Shown here: positions 8,904 through 16,967 of the stretch, one piece after another | Numbering within the stretch: the first letter of the stretch is position 1 | Layout of the letters: the number at the start of each line of letters is the position of its first letter | From: Coprobacillus sp. CAG:698 | GTDB lineage: Bacteria > Bacteroidota > Bacteroidia > Bacteroidales > Bacteroidaceae | Direction: 5' to 3' | NCBI GenBank assembly: GCA_963599995.1 | Contig: CAVCAX010000060.1 | Coordinates: 37,372 to 101,371 of the forward strand | Length of the DNA stretch: 64,000 nucleotides | Translations under genes and position numbers: made by a program | Notes under the pieces: generated by a model | What the model saw: only the letters and a program-made list of their open reading frames with translations | What the model was told of the DNA's origin: nothing | The model's database searches: none

Positions 8904-10466
8904 ATGTTAGAAGACTACAGAAGGTATCCGATAGGGATACAGAACTTTGAACAGTTGCGCAACAACAATTGCGTGTATGTAGACAAGACGGATTTACTCT
9001 ATAAACTGGTACATACCGATCAGGTCTATTTCCTCAGCCGTCCCCGTCGTTTCGGCAAGAGTCTGCTTGTTTCTACGCTCGAAGCTTACTTCCAGGGAAA
9101 GAAAGAACTTTTCAAAGGGTTGGCTATGGAGCGTTTGGAGAAAGAGTGGGAGAGCTATCCGGTGCTGCGCATCGATTTCAGTATTAGTAAATATCTCTCA
9201 GCTCATTATCTGCGTTCTGCCATCAACTGGTTCTTGGAGCGGTGGGAGAGGGAATACGACTGCTGTGTGGAAGATAAGGGCACGCCTTTTAGTGTCCGGT
9301 TGGGTAATGTCATAGAGAGTGCCTATAAAAAAACGGGGAAAACGGTGGTAATATTGGTGGATGAATACGATTCTCCCATGCTCGACACCAACAGTGACGT
9401 GGCTTTGCAAAGTGAGCTACGGGGCATCATGCGTGATTTTTTCAGTCCTCTCAAGGGGTTGGGACAATATCTTCGTTTCCTCTTCATCACCGGTATCAGC
9501 AAGTTCAGCCAGATGAGTATCTTCAGCGAGTTGAATAATCTGCAAAACATCAGCATGCGTGATGACTTCAGCGCTATCTGCGGCATCACAGAGCAGGAGT
9601 TGCTAACAGAACTGAAACTTGACATTGAGCGGATGGCCGAAGCGAACAATGAAACTTTCGAGGAAGCATGTACTCATTTGAAACTGCGATATGACGGTTA
9701 TCATTTCAGTAAGAATTGCGTCGATATCTACAATCCTTTCAGTCTGTTCAATGCTTTCAATGCAAAAGAGTACAAGAATTTCTGGTTCTCTACGGGCACT
9801 CCCACTTTCCTGATAGACTTGCTTCGTGAGTCCAATTTCGATGTTCGTTCTTTGGACGGACTTACGGCTACTGATGAACAGTTCGATGCACCTACCGACC
9901 ACATCATCGACCCTATTCCGGTACTTTATCAGAGCGGCTACCTGACAATAAAGGGGTATGACCCTATTTTCCATCTTTACCAATTGGCCTATCCCAACGG
10001 TGAGGTGCGTTATGGCTTTACGGAGTCCTTGCTTCCCGGCTATGTGCACCGTCTCCCCCGCGAAAATACTTTTTATGTGGTTTCGTTCATCCGCGACTTA
10101 CGCAAGGGGGATATTGAGAGCTGTTTGGAACGTACCCGTTCTTTCTTCGCTTCGATACCGAATGATTTGGAGAACAAGACCGAGAAGCATTACCAGACCA
10201 TCTTCTATCTGTTGTTCCGCCTGATGGGACAATATGTGGAGACGGAGGTGAAGGCAGCCGTGGGGCGTGCGGATGCTGTGGTGAAGATGAAAGATGCCAT
10301 CTATGTCTTCGAGTTCAAGTTTGACGGTACTCCGGAGGAGGCGCTGGCACAGATTGACAGCAAGCAGTATGCCGTTCCCTATCAGGCGGATGGCAGGAAG
10401 GTGGTCAAAGTCGGTGTAAACTTCGACAGTGCCACCCGTACGATCGGAGAATGGATCGTGAGGTAG
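8904..10466 (+). CDS. AAA-ATPase-like protein with C-terminal PD-(D/E)XK nuclease domain
   Basis: YPIGIQNFE, YVDKT, Walker A SRPRRFGKS, Walker B ILVDEYD, YDGYHF, C-terminal GRAD...VFEFK...ALAQI...Y. Confidence 0.92.
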   Translation: MLEDYRRYPIGIQNFEQLRNNNCVYVDKTDLLYKLVHTDQVYFLSRPRRFGKSLLVSTLEAYFQGKKELFKGLAMERLEKEWESYPVLRIDFSISKYLSAHYLRSAINWFLERWEREYDCCVEDKGTPFSVRLGNVIESAYKKTGKTVVILVDEYDSPMLDTNSDVALQSELRGIMRDFFSPLKGLGQYLRFLFITGISKFSQMSIFSELNNLQNISMRDDFSAICGITEQELLTELKLDIERMAEANNETFEEACTHLKLRYDGYHFSKNCVDIYNPFSLFNAFNAKEYKNFWFSTGTPTFLIDLLRESNFDVRSLDGLTATDEQFDAPTDHIIDPIPVLYQSGYLTIKGYDPIFHLYQLAYPNGEVRYGFTESLLPGYVHRLPRENTFYVVSFIRDLRKGDIESCLERTRSFFASIPNDLENKTEKHYQTIFYLLFRLMGQYVETEVKAAVGRADAVVKMKDAIYVFEFKFDGTPEEALAQIDSKQYAVPYQADGRKVVKVGVNFDSATRTIGEWIVR

Positions 10467-10494
10467 GAAAAAGGTAAAATAAGAGATAAAAAAA

Positions 10495-10555
10495 GAGAGT
10501 TGAAAGTTACGGTGCGGCATAATAGCGCTGCCCGACTTTCAACTCTCAATTTTTT
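10495..10555. terminator. Hairpin between convergent genes (probable terminator)
   Basis: GAGAGTTGAAAGT (10495-10507) is inverted with ACTTTCAACTCTC (10535-10547); flanked by A-rich and T-rich runs. Confidence 0.6.
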
Positions 10556-10572
10556 AATTTAATGCCCCTGTT

Positions 10573-13494
10573 TTAGTATCCGAAGATTTCTTCCTGTGTC
10601 AATTCCCGGATAGGTCCTACTTCTTTCAGTTTTTCCATATCCAGTTCTTTCTTGTCACCGAGGATACAATATGTATAGGTGCGTCCTTTGATCCATTTCT
10701 TCTGGAAATCGATTACATCTTTCAATGTCATGTTCTGTGCATCGTTGTAGAGCTTGATACGGCTGTCTACATTTTCACCTAAGTCTTGGGCATTGATGTA
10801 CGACCAGATAATGTCACTTTTGATGATGCGTTCCGTACGCAAACGGGCGATAAGTCCCTCTTTGGCAAGTTTGAAAGCAGCTTCGGATTCCGGCATATTA
10901 TCGATGATGTCGTTGAATACTTTGATGGCATCGATCATTTTGTCGTTCTGAGTGGCTATCTGAGTCTGCAGCATATACGGGTATTTCAGATAAGACGGAC
11001 GGTTCAATCCGGCCCATGCAGAATATGCCAGTCCGCGACTTTCACGCATTTCCTGGAAGACGATCGAGTTCATGCCTCCGCCGAAGTATTCATTATACAT
11101 CTGACGGGACGGTTCGATCATCGGATCGAATTTGTCGCCACGGTTGGATAGCTGGGTCATATAAATCTGTTTCGCTTCGTAGGGTGCGATAAGGATCTGG
11201 GTAGTCGGAGTCTCCAGACGCGGGAACTCATTGCCAGCAGGAATGTCTTTCAGCTTTTTGGGTGTCTGATGGTTTTTGTTGATAACAGCCAGCAGTTCTT
11301 TTCCGCTTGCCGGGCCATAATACAGAATGCGATGTTTATAACTGTTCTGATTGTGGATGCGGTCTACCAGTTCCTGTGGATTCATGTTCTGCAGCTCGGC
11401 TTCTGTCAGGATGTTGGTAACCGGAGATTTCGGACCATACATACCATAGCTTATCAGGCGACGGAAATTCTGCATTTGGTTCAGTTTGGCATCCTTGCGG
11501 GACTTCAGTATGTCTGCCACCATATTGTCGTATGCCTCTTTATTGACTTGGGCGTCTGCCATCAGTTTTTCAAAAAGCTTCATGGCTTCGGGCATGTTTT
11601 CGTTCAGACCCGACAGCAAGACATAGGTACGCTCATTGCCCGGAACGACACGGAAAGTACATGCCAGGCGATAGAACTCACTCTTCAACTGTTCCGGAGT
11701 CATGTCGGAAGTGCCCAGATAGTCGATATAGTCGAATGCCGTACCGAGCGCTTTGTCATTGTAGTTACCCATGTCGAATACATAAATCAACTGGAAGAGG
11801 TCGTTGTTTGTATTCTGTTTGTACAATACAGGAATGTTTGATTTGGCTTTCAATTGGCTGAGGTCTTTCTTGAAATCAAGGAATACGGGCTCGATCGGTT
11901 TAACGTTGCTGTTCTGTATCTCTTTCAGGAAATCACTGGCAACATCGCGGTTCATGACGATCGGAGTGATGGCCGGCTTGGACATTTTCTTCTCATTGGG
12001 GTCTTGTCCTTGCTTCTTGTAGATAACGGCATAGTTCTGGTCCGTCAGATATTTGTTGGCAAAGGCAACGATGTCGGCTTTGGTCAGTTTGGCCATACGG
12101 TCGATGGCGGATACTTCGTCTTCCCATTTGATGCCGTTGACAAAAGCGTTCACAAACATATCTGCACGTCCTTCATTGCTCTCTAATCTCTGCATCTCAT
12201 AGAGCTTGAAGTTGTTGATATTGGCTTGCAGCATCTTTTCATCAAAGTCACCGGCACGGAGTTTGCTGATCTCTTCAAGCAACAGTTTTTTCACATCGTC
12301 CAGAGTCTGTCCTTGTTTGGGGCGTCCTTGCAGCATCAGCGCCGAATAGTCTGCCATGTCTAACGGATAACCGTAAGCCTGCAATACTTTCTGCTGCTGG
12401 TTGAGGTCGAGGTCGATAAGTCCGGCTTTGCCGTTATAAAGAATTTGCGATACCACTTGCAGTGTTTCGTATTCTTTGCTGGCGGCTCCCGGGAATCTCC
12501 ATGCCAACGTCAGGCTTTCAGCATCCGGTCCCAGCACTTCGCGTACGATCGGTGCCGTAATCGGCGTCTCTTTCGGGAGGTTTAATTTCGGCAGGTTCTT
12601 GTTGGGTTTCAGGTGTCCGAAGTACTTGTCGATGGTAGCGATCATCTCATCCGGATTGAAGTCGCCCGAAAGGCAGATAGCCATGTTGTTGGGCACATAC
12701 CATACCTTGTGGTAATTCTTGATGTTAGTGATGGAGGGGTTCTTCAGGTCTTCCTGTGTTCCTAACACGGTCTGAGTGCCGTAAGGATGATGGGGGAAGA
12801 GAGAAGAAAGCACCGTCTCGTATACCTTGCGCGGATCTTTGGTCAGTGACATGTTTTTCTCTTCGTATACCGTTTCCAATTCCGTGTGGAATCCGCGGAT
12901 AACGCAGTTTTCAAAACGGTCTGCCTGTATCTTTGCCCAGTTGTCTATCTGGTTGGAAGGAATGTCGTCTTCATAAACCGTCTGGTCGAAAGAAGTATAG
13001 GCATTGGTGCCGGTAGCACCGATGGCAGCCATCAGCTTGTCATATTCGTTGGGGATAGCCAGTTTGGAAGCTTCGTACGACAGGCTGTCTATTTTGTGGT
13101 AGATGGCGGTACGTGCTGCTTCGTCTGTGGTTTTCCGGTATATCTCGAACTGTTGTTCGATCTGGTCCAGTATCGGCTTTTCGGCTTCGTAGTTTTGTGT
13201 TCCGAATTTTTTGGTTCCTTTGAACATCAGGTGTTCGAAATAATGAGCCAGACCGGTGGTCTCGGCAGGGTCATTCTTACCACCTACCCGTACGGCAATA
13301 TACGTCTGTATACGTGGTTGTTCTTTGTTGACGGTCATATAGACCTTCAAGCCATTGTCGAGTGTGTAAATACGTGCTTTCAACGGATCGTTGGGCACTG
13401 TCTCGTAGCGGTAGTCTTTGAGAGAAGCGCTACTTACACTTGTCGCCATCAGAAGAAGTAGCGACAGGCAGGAAAATTTTAGTAGTTTATTCAT
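10573..13494 (-). CDS. M16 (insulinase) family zinc metallopeptidase, exported
   Basis: 973 aa. Signal peptide, GLAHYFEHLMFKGT (HxxEH), NAYTS, C-terminal QEMRESRGLAYS. Confidence 0.95.
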   Translation of the reverse strand: MNKLLKFSCLSLLLLMATSVSSASLKDYRYETVPNDPLKARIYTLDNGLKVYMTVNKEQPRIQTYIAVRVGGKNDPAETTGLAHYFEHLMFKGTKKFGTQNYEAEKPILDQIEQQFEIYRKTTDEAARTAIYHKIDSLSYEASKLAIPNEYDKLMAAIGATGTNAYTSFDQTVYEDDIPSNQIDNWAKIQADRFENCVIRGFHTELETVYEEKNMSLTKDPRKVYETVLSSLFPHHPYGTQTVLGTQEDLKNPSITNIKNYHKVWYVPNNMAICLSGDFNPDEMIATIDKYFGHLKPNKNLPKLNLPKETPITAPIVREVLGPDAESLTLAWRFPGAASKEYETLQVVSQILYNGKAGLIDLDLNQQQKVLQAYGYPLDMADYSALMLQGRPKQGQTLDDVKKLLLEEISKLRAGDFDEKMLQANINNFKLYEMQRLESNEGRADMFVNAFVNGIKWEDEVSAIDRMAKLTKADIVAFANKYLTDQNYAVIYKKQGQDPNEKKMSKPAITPIVMNRDVASDFLKEIQNSNVKPIEPVFLDFKKDLSQLKAKSNIPVLYKQNTNNDLFQLIYVFDMGNYNDKALGTAFDYIDYLGTSDMTPEQLKSEFYRLACTFRVVPGNERTYVLLSGLNENMPEAMKLFEKLMADAQVNKEAYDNMVADILKSRKDAKLNQMQNFRRLISYGMYGPKSPVTNILTEAELQNMNPQELVDRIHNQNSYKHRILYYGPASGKELLAVINKNHQTPKKLKDIPAGNEFPRLETPTTQILIAPYEAKQIYMTQLSNRGDKFDPMIEPSRQMYNEYFGGGMNSIVFQEMRESRGLAYSAWAGLNRPSYLKYPYMLQTQIATQNDKMIDAIKVFNDIIDNMPESEAAFKLAKEGLIARLRTERIIKSDIIWSYINAQDLGENVDSRIKLYNDAQNMTLKDVIDFQKKWIKGRTYTYCILGDKKELDMEKLKEVGPIRELTQEEIFGY

Positions 13495-13522
13495 ATCAAT
13501 GATAACAAATTAAATGTGAGAG

Positions 13523-13530
13523 CAAAGGTA
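13523..13530 (-). promoter_or_regulatory. -7 box TACCTTTG for the M16 peptidase
   Basis: Consensus match 28 nt upstream of ATG. Confidence 0.6.
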
Positions 13531-13543
13531 GCGGAATTTTGTT

Positions 13544-13551
13544 TATCTTTG
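13544..13551 (+). promoter_or_regulatory. -7 box TATCTTTG for prfB
   Basis: Consensus match, divergent from the M16 promoter. Confidence 0.6.
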
Positions 13552-13709
13552 CACGCTCGAGAGTAATAAAATGATTGGATAAAGTAAGAGCCTGTTTAAT
13601 TTTTGCTCAGCATTCTTTTATTTCAATCGTAAATTGTAAACCGCTAACGTACCTGTGTGATAAAGATCAGAGGATGGTCGTGACCATAGGGAATAAATTG
13701 TAAATTGAA

Positions 13710-14829
13710 ATGATTACTATTGAACAGCTTAAAGACGTGAAAGAGCGCACAGATGCGCTGAGGAGGTATCTTTGACATCGACGGGAAGAAAATTCAGGTC
13801 GAAGAAGAACAGTTAAGAACACAAGCTCCGGGATTCTGGGATGACCAGAAGCGTGCCGAAGCACAAATGAAAAAGGTGAAAAACCTGCAGAAATGGATCG
13901 AGGGGTATAATCATGTCAAGACGTTGAGTGATGAACTGGAATTGGCTTTCGATTTCTATAAAGACGATCTTGTCACCGAAGCGGAAGTGGACGACGGATA
14001 TGCCAAAGCACTGGAAGCTGTCGAGAACCTGGAGTTGAAGAACATGCTTCGCGGTGAGGCCGATCAGATGAGTTGCGTCTTGAAGATAAATTCCGGTGCC
14101 GGTGGTACGGAGAGCCAGGACTGGGCGTCCATGCTGATGCGTATGTATCTGCGTTATGCCGAGACGAATGGTTATAAGGCTACCATTTCTACTCTGCAGG
14201 AGGGTGATGAGGCGGGTATCAAAACCTGTACCATCCAGATAGAGGGTGATTACGCCTACGGCTATTTGAAAGGAGAGAATGGGGTGCATCGTCTGGTGCG
14301 CGTTTCGCCGTATAATGCACAAGGGAAACGAATGACCTCTTTTGCTTCGGTCTTCGTCACTCCGTTGGTCGATGACAGCATCGAGGTGAATATCGAACAG
14401 GCACGTATCTCCTGGGATACTTTCCGTTCGGGCGGTGCCGGAGGACAGAATGTGAATAAGGTGGAGTCGGGGGTGCGTTTGCGCTATCAGTTTAAAGACC
14501 CTTATACCGGTGAGGAAGAGGAAATCCTGATTGAGAACACCGAAACCCGTGACCAACCCAAGAATAAGGAAAACGCCATGCGCCAGTTGCGCTCTATCTT
14601 ATATGATAAAGAGTTGCAGCACCGTATGGCCGAACAGGCAAAGGTGGAGGCCGGAAAGAAAAAGATAGAGTGGGGTTCGCAGATACGAAGCTACGTATTC
14701 GATGACCGCCGTGTGAAAGATCACCGCACGAATTATCAGACTTCCGACGTCAATGGGGTGATGGATGGAAAAATCGAAGGCTTCATTAAAGCCTATTTGA
14801 TGGAATTTTCATCCGAAGAGCAAAATTAA
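13710..14829 (+). CDS. prfB: Peptide chain release factor 2, programmed +1 frameshift at CTT-TGA-C (13770-13776)
   Basis: ATG at 13710 gives MITIEQLKDVKERTDALRRYL then TGA. The +1 frame continues DIDGKKIQVEEEQLRTQAPGFWDDQK into the ORF-track protein, which has GAGGTES, SPY, GGQ and WGSQIRSYV. AGGAGG lies 3 nt before the slippery CTT. Confidence 0.97.
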
Positions 14830-14864
14830 TTTCTTCTTCTTTGGTTGGTTTGGATAATTATTCT

Positions 14865-14872
14865 TAGCTTTG
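14865..14872 (+). promoter_or_regulatory. -7 box TAGCTTTG for the small ORF
   Basis: Consensus match 30 nt upstream of the ATG at 14903. Confidence 0.55.
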
Positions 14873-14902
14873 TTAGCGTTGAACTTTAAAGCTAAAAACA
14901 AT

Positions 14903-15037
14903 ATGGGTAAGAATAAGAAAAAAGTAACACACACCCAAAAGGAGGAAGAACAGGCAAAACGTGTGCTCAAGATTATTGCTGTTTCACTCGTCATTCTGGC
15001 GCTTGCCATGATTATCGGTTTTTCTTTCGTGGGTTAA
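14903..15037 (+). CDS. Small 44-aa membrane protein (basic N-terminus, one C-terminal TM helix)
   Basis: MGKNKKKVTHTQKEEEQAKRVLKIIAVSLVILALAMIIGFSFVG*. Has an A-rich leader, its own -7 box and a terminator. Confidence 0.75.
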   Translation: MGKNKKKVTHTQKEEEQAKRVLKIIAVSLVILALAMIIGFSFVG

Positions 15038-15059
15038 AAGAATGCAGATTTTATAAATG

Positions 15060-15096
15060 GAGGCTGTACGGCTTGAGTACAGCCTCTGTTTTTTTT
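15060..15096 (+). terminator. Rho-independent terminator
   Basis: GAGGCTGTAC-7 nt-GTACAGCCTC followed by TG and a T run. Confidence 0.85.
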
Positions 15097-15124
15097 GCGA
15101 ATGTCAATCTACGGGGAGCTGTGA

Positions 15125-15199
15125 TGTAACCTGTTTGTAATGTGTAATACATTTGTAACCCGTTTGTCATAAGGATGTATGGGGATACCGTTACTTTTG
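15125..15199 (+). promoter_or_regulatory. Pho-box-like 11-bp-spaced direct repeats plus -7 box TACTTTTG (15192-15199)
   Basis: TGTAAC/TGTAAT at 15125 and 15136; TGTAAT/TGTAAC/TGTCAT/TGTAT at 15143, 15154, 15165, 15176. Confidence 0.6.
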
Positions 15200-15225
15200 C
15201 ACCGGAATATTAAGAGATAAACCTG

Positions 15226-16287
15226 ATGAGAATATTGGTTACGATGGGGGCAGGACTACTGCTGGCGACAACGGCTTTGGCACAAGTGAACGAAGAAGCC
15301 GTAGATGGGAAAAAACTGGATAAGGAAAAGATGGAATTGCACGACTATCTGCCGGCAATCCATGGAACGATCCGTGCAAAATACGAATATCAGACGGCAA
15401 CCGACGAAAGTCGTTTTCAAGTGCGGAATGCACGCTTCAGTCTGACGGGTAATGTACTCCCGATTGTGGCTTATAAAGCGGAGATCGATCTGTCCGATCA
15501 GGGGAAAATCCGTATGTTGGATGCTTATACCCGTATTTTCCCGATAAAGCATGTCAACTTTACAATCGGACAGATGAGGGTGCCCTTTACGATTGATGCG
15601 CACCGTTCGCCGCATGTACGCTTTTTTGCCAACCGTTCGTTTATCGGAAAACAGGTGGGTGATGTACGTGACGTCGGAGCTACTCTGGCTTATACCCGTA
15701 AAGATGCGTCCTTGCCGTTCATCCTTGAAGGCGGGTTGTTCAATGGTTCCGGACTGACAGAACAGAAGGAATGGCATAAAACATTGAATTATTCTTTGAA
15801 GGGACAACTTTGGTTTGCGAAGGGATGGAACCTTACGCTGAGCACTCAGATGATGAAGCCTGCCGAGGTACGCGTCAATATGTACGATGCCGGAATCTAT
15901 TATGAAACGGATAAATTCCATATAGAAGCGGAATATCTGTATAAGACGTATGGACATGACGCTTTTAAGAATATGCATTCGGTCAACAGCTTTGCCGTTT
16001 ATGATATTCCGCTTCGGCGCTTTTTTCATAAGATGTCTTTCCTGGCGCGTTATGATATGATGACGGATCATAGTGATGGGGTGGCAATGTCTGAAACGGA
16101 ACCGGATAAGTTGGCGATAACCGATTATGCCCGCCATCGTGTGACAGGCGGTCTGACTTTCAGCTTCTCCAAATCTTTTATTGCCGATATACGCTTGAAC
16201 TATGAAAAGTATTTCTATAAAAACGGAGGAATACCCGATCCGTCCGAACAGGATAAGTTAGTGATTGAATTTATGACGCGGTTTTGA
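15226..16287 (+). CDS. Porin, phosphate-selective OprO/OprP-like
   Basis: Signal peptide, FQVRNARFS, LDAY, IGQMRVPF, FANRS, RDVG, amphipathic strands, C-terminal Phe. Confidence 0.8.
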   Translation: MRILVTMGAGLLLATTALAQVNEEAVDGKKLDKEKMELHDYLPAIHGTIRAKYEYQTATDESRFQVRNARFSLTGNVLPIVAYKAEIDLSDQGKIRMLDAYTRIFPIKHVNFTIGQMRVPFTIDAHRSPHVRFFANRSFIGKQVGDVRDVGATLAYTRKDASLPFILEGGLFNGSGLTEQKEWHKTLNYSLKGQLWFAKGWNLTLSTQMMKPAEVRVNMYDAGIYYETDKFHIEAEYLYKTYGHDAFKNMHSVNSFAVYDIPLRRFFHKMSFLARYDMMTDHSDGVAMSETEPDKLAITDYARHRVTGGLTFSFSKSFIADIRLNYEKYFYKNGGIPDPSEQDKLVIEFMTRF

Positions 16288-16384
16288 AGCTCCTGATTCA
16301 GGAAGGATGATTTATGGGCGGTGATGTCGGAAAATAAATTAATTTCATTGTCCATTATTCATTATTCATTCCTATTTTTGCAGC

Positions 16385-16852
16385 ATGGCACAGGAAATTG
16401 AACGTAAGTTTCTCGTTTCGGGAGATTATAAATCGCAGGCTTTTGCGCAAAGCCGTATTATACAGGGGTACATAAGCAGTGCCCGGGGAAGAACGGTACG
16501 GGTACGGATCCGTGACGGCAAGGGGTATCTTACCATTAAAGGGGCTTCTAATGCTTCCGGAACCAGTCGTTACGAGTGGGAGAGAGAACTGCCGTTGAAT
16601 GAGGCCGAGGAGTTGATGAAACTTTGTGAACCGGGAGTGATTGATAAAACCCGTTACCTGGTCCGTAGTGGCGCACATGTCTTTGAAGTGGATGAGTTTT
16701 ATGGCGAGAATGAGGGACTTGTCGTGGCGGAAGTGGAATTGGGTGCAGAGGATGAAGCTTTTGTAAAACCTGCCTTTATCGGTGAGGAGGTGACGGGGGA
16801 TGTCCGCTACTATAATTCACAGCTAATGAAAAAGCCGTATACAACCTGGTAG
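16385..16852 (+). CDS. CYTH domain (triphosphate tunnel metalloenzyme) protein
   Basis: N-terminal EIERKF (ExExK), VRVRI, LTIKG, RYEWE, IDKTRY, EVDEF, VAEVEL. Confidence 0.93.
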   Translation: MAQEIERKFLVSGDYKSQAFAQSRIIQGYISSARGRTVRVRIRDGKGYLTIKGASNASGTSRYEWERELPLNEAEELMKLCEPGVIDKTRYLVRSGAHVFEVDEFYGENEGLVVAEVELGAEDEAFVKPAFIGEEVTGDVRYYNSQLMKKPYTTW

Positions 16853-16856
16853 CTTA

Positions 16857-16922
16857 AAGTCTGTTTTAATTCTCCTATTTAAGTTTTCATCAGCTTATTT
16901 TGAACTAAATTAAAACAGGCTC
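16857..16922. mobile_element. 66-bp MITE-like remnant with 15-bp terminal inverted repeats and TTA flanks
   Basis: Left end AAGTCTGTTTTAATT vs reverse complement of right end GAGCCTGTTTTAATT (13/15). TTA at 16854-16856 and 16923-16925. Confidence 0.55.
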
Positions 16923-16967
16923 TTAAAAATATCTGTATATTTGTTCGCATTCAAAAGAACAGTATAT

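Noticed and set aside
13588..16922. Composite transposon bounded by GAGCCTGTTT ends
   Set aside because: It would carry the essential prfB, has no transposase, and the right end already pairs with a local left end at 16857.
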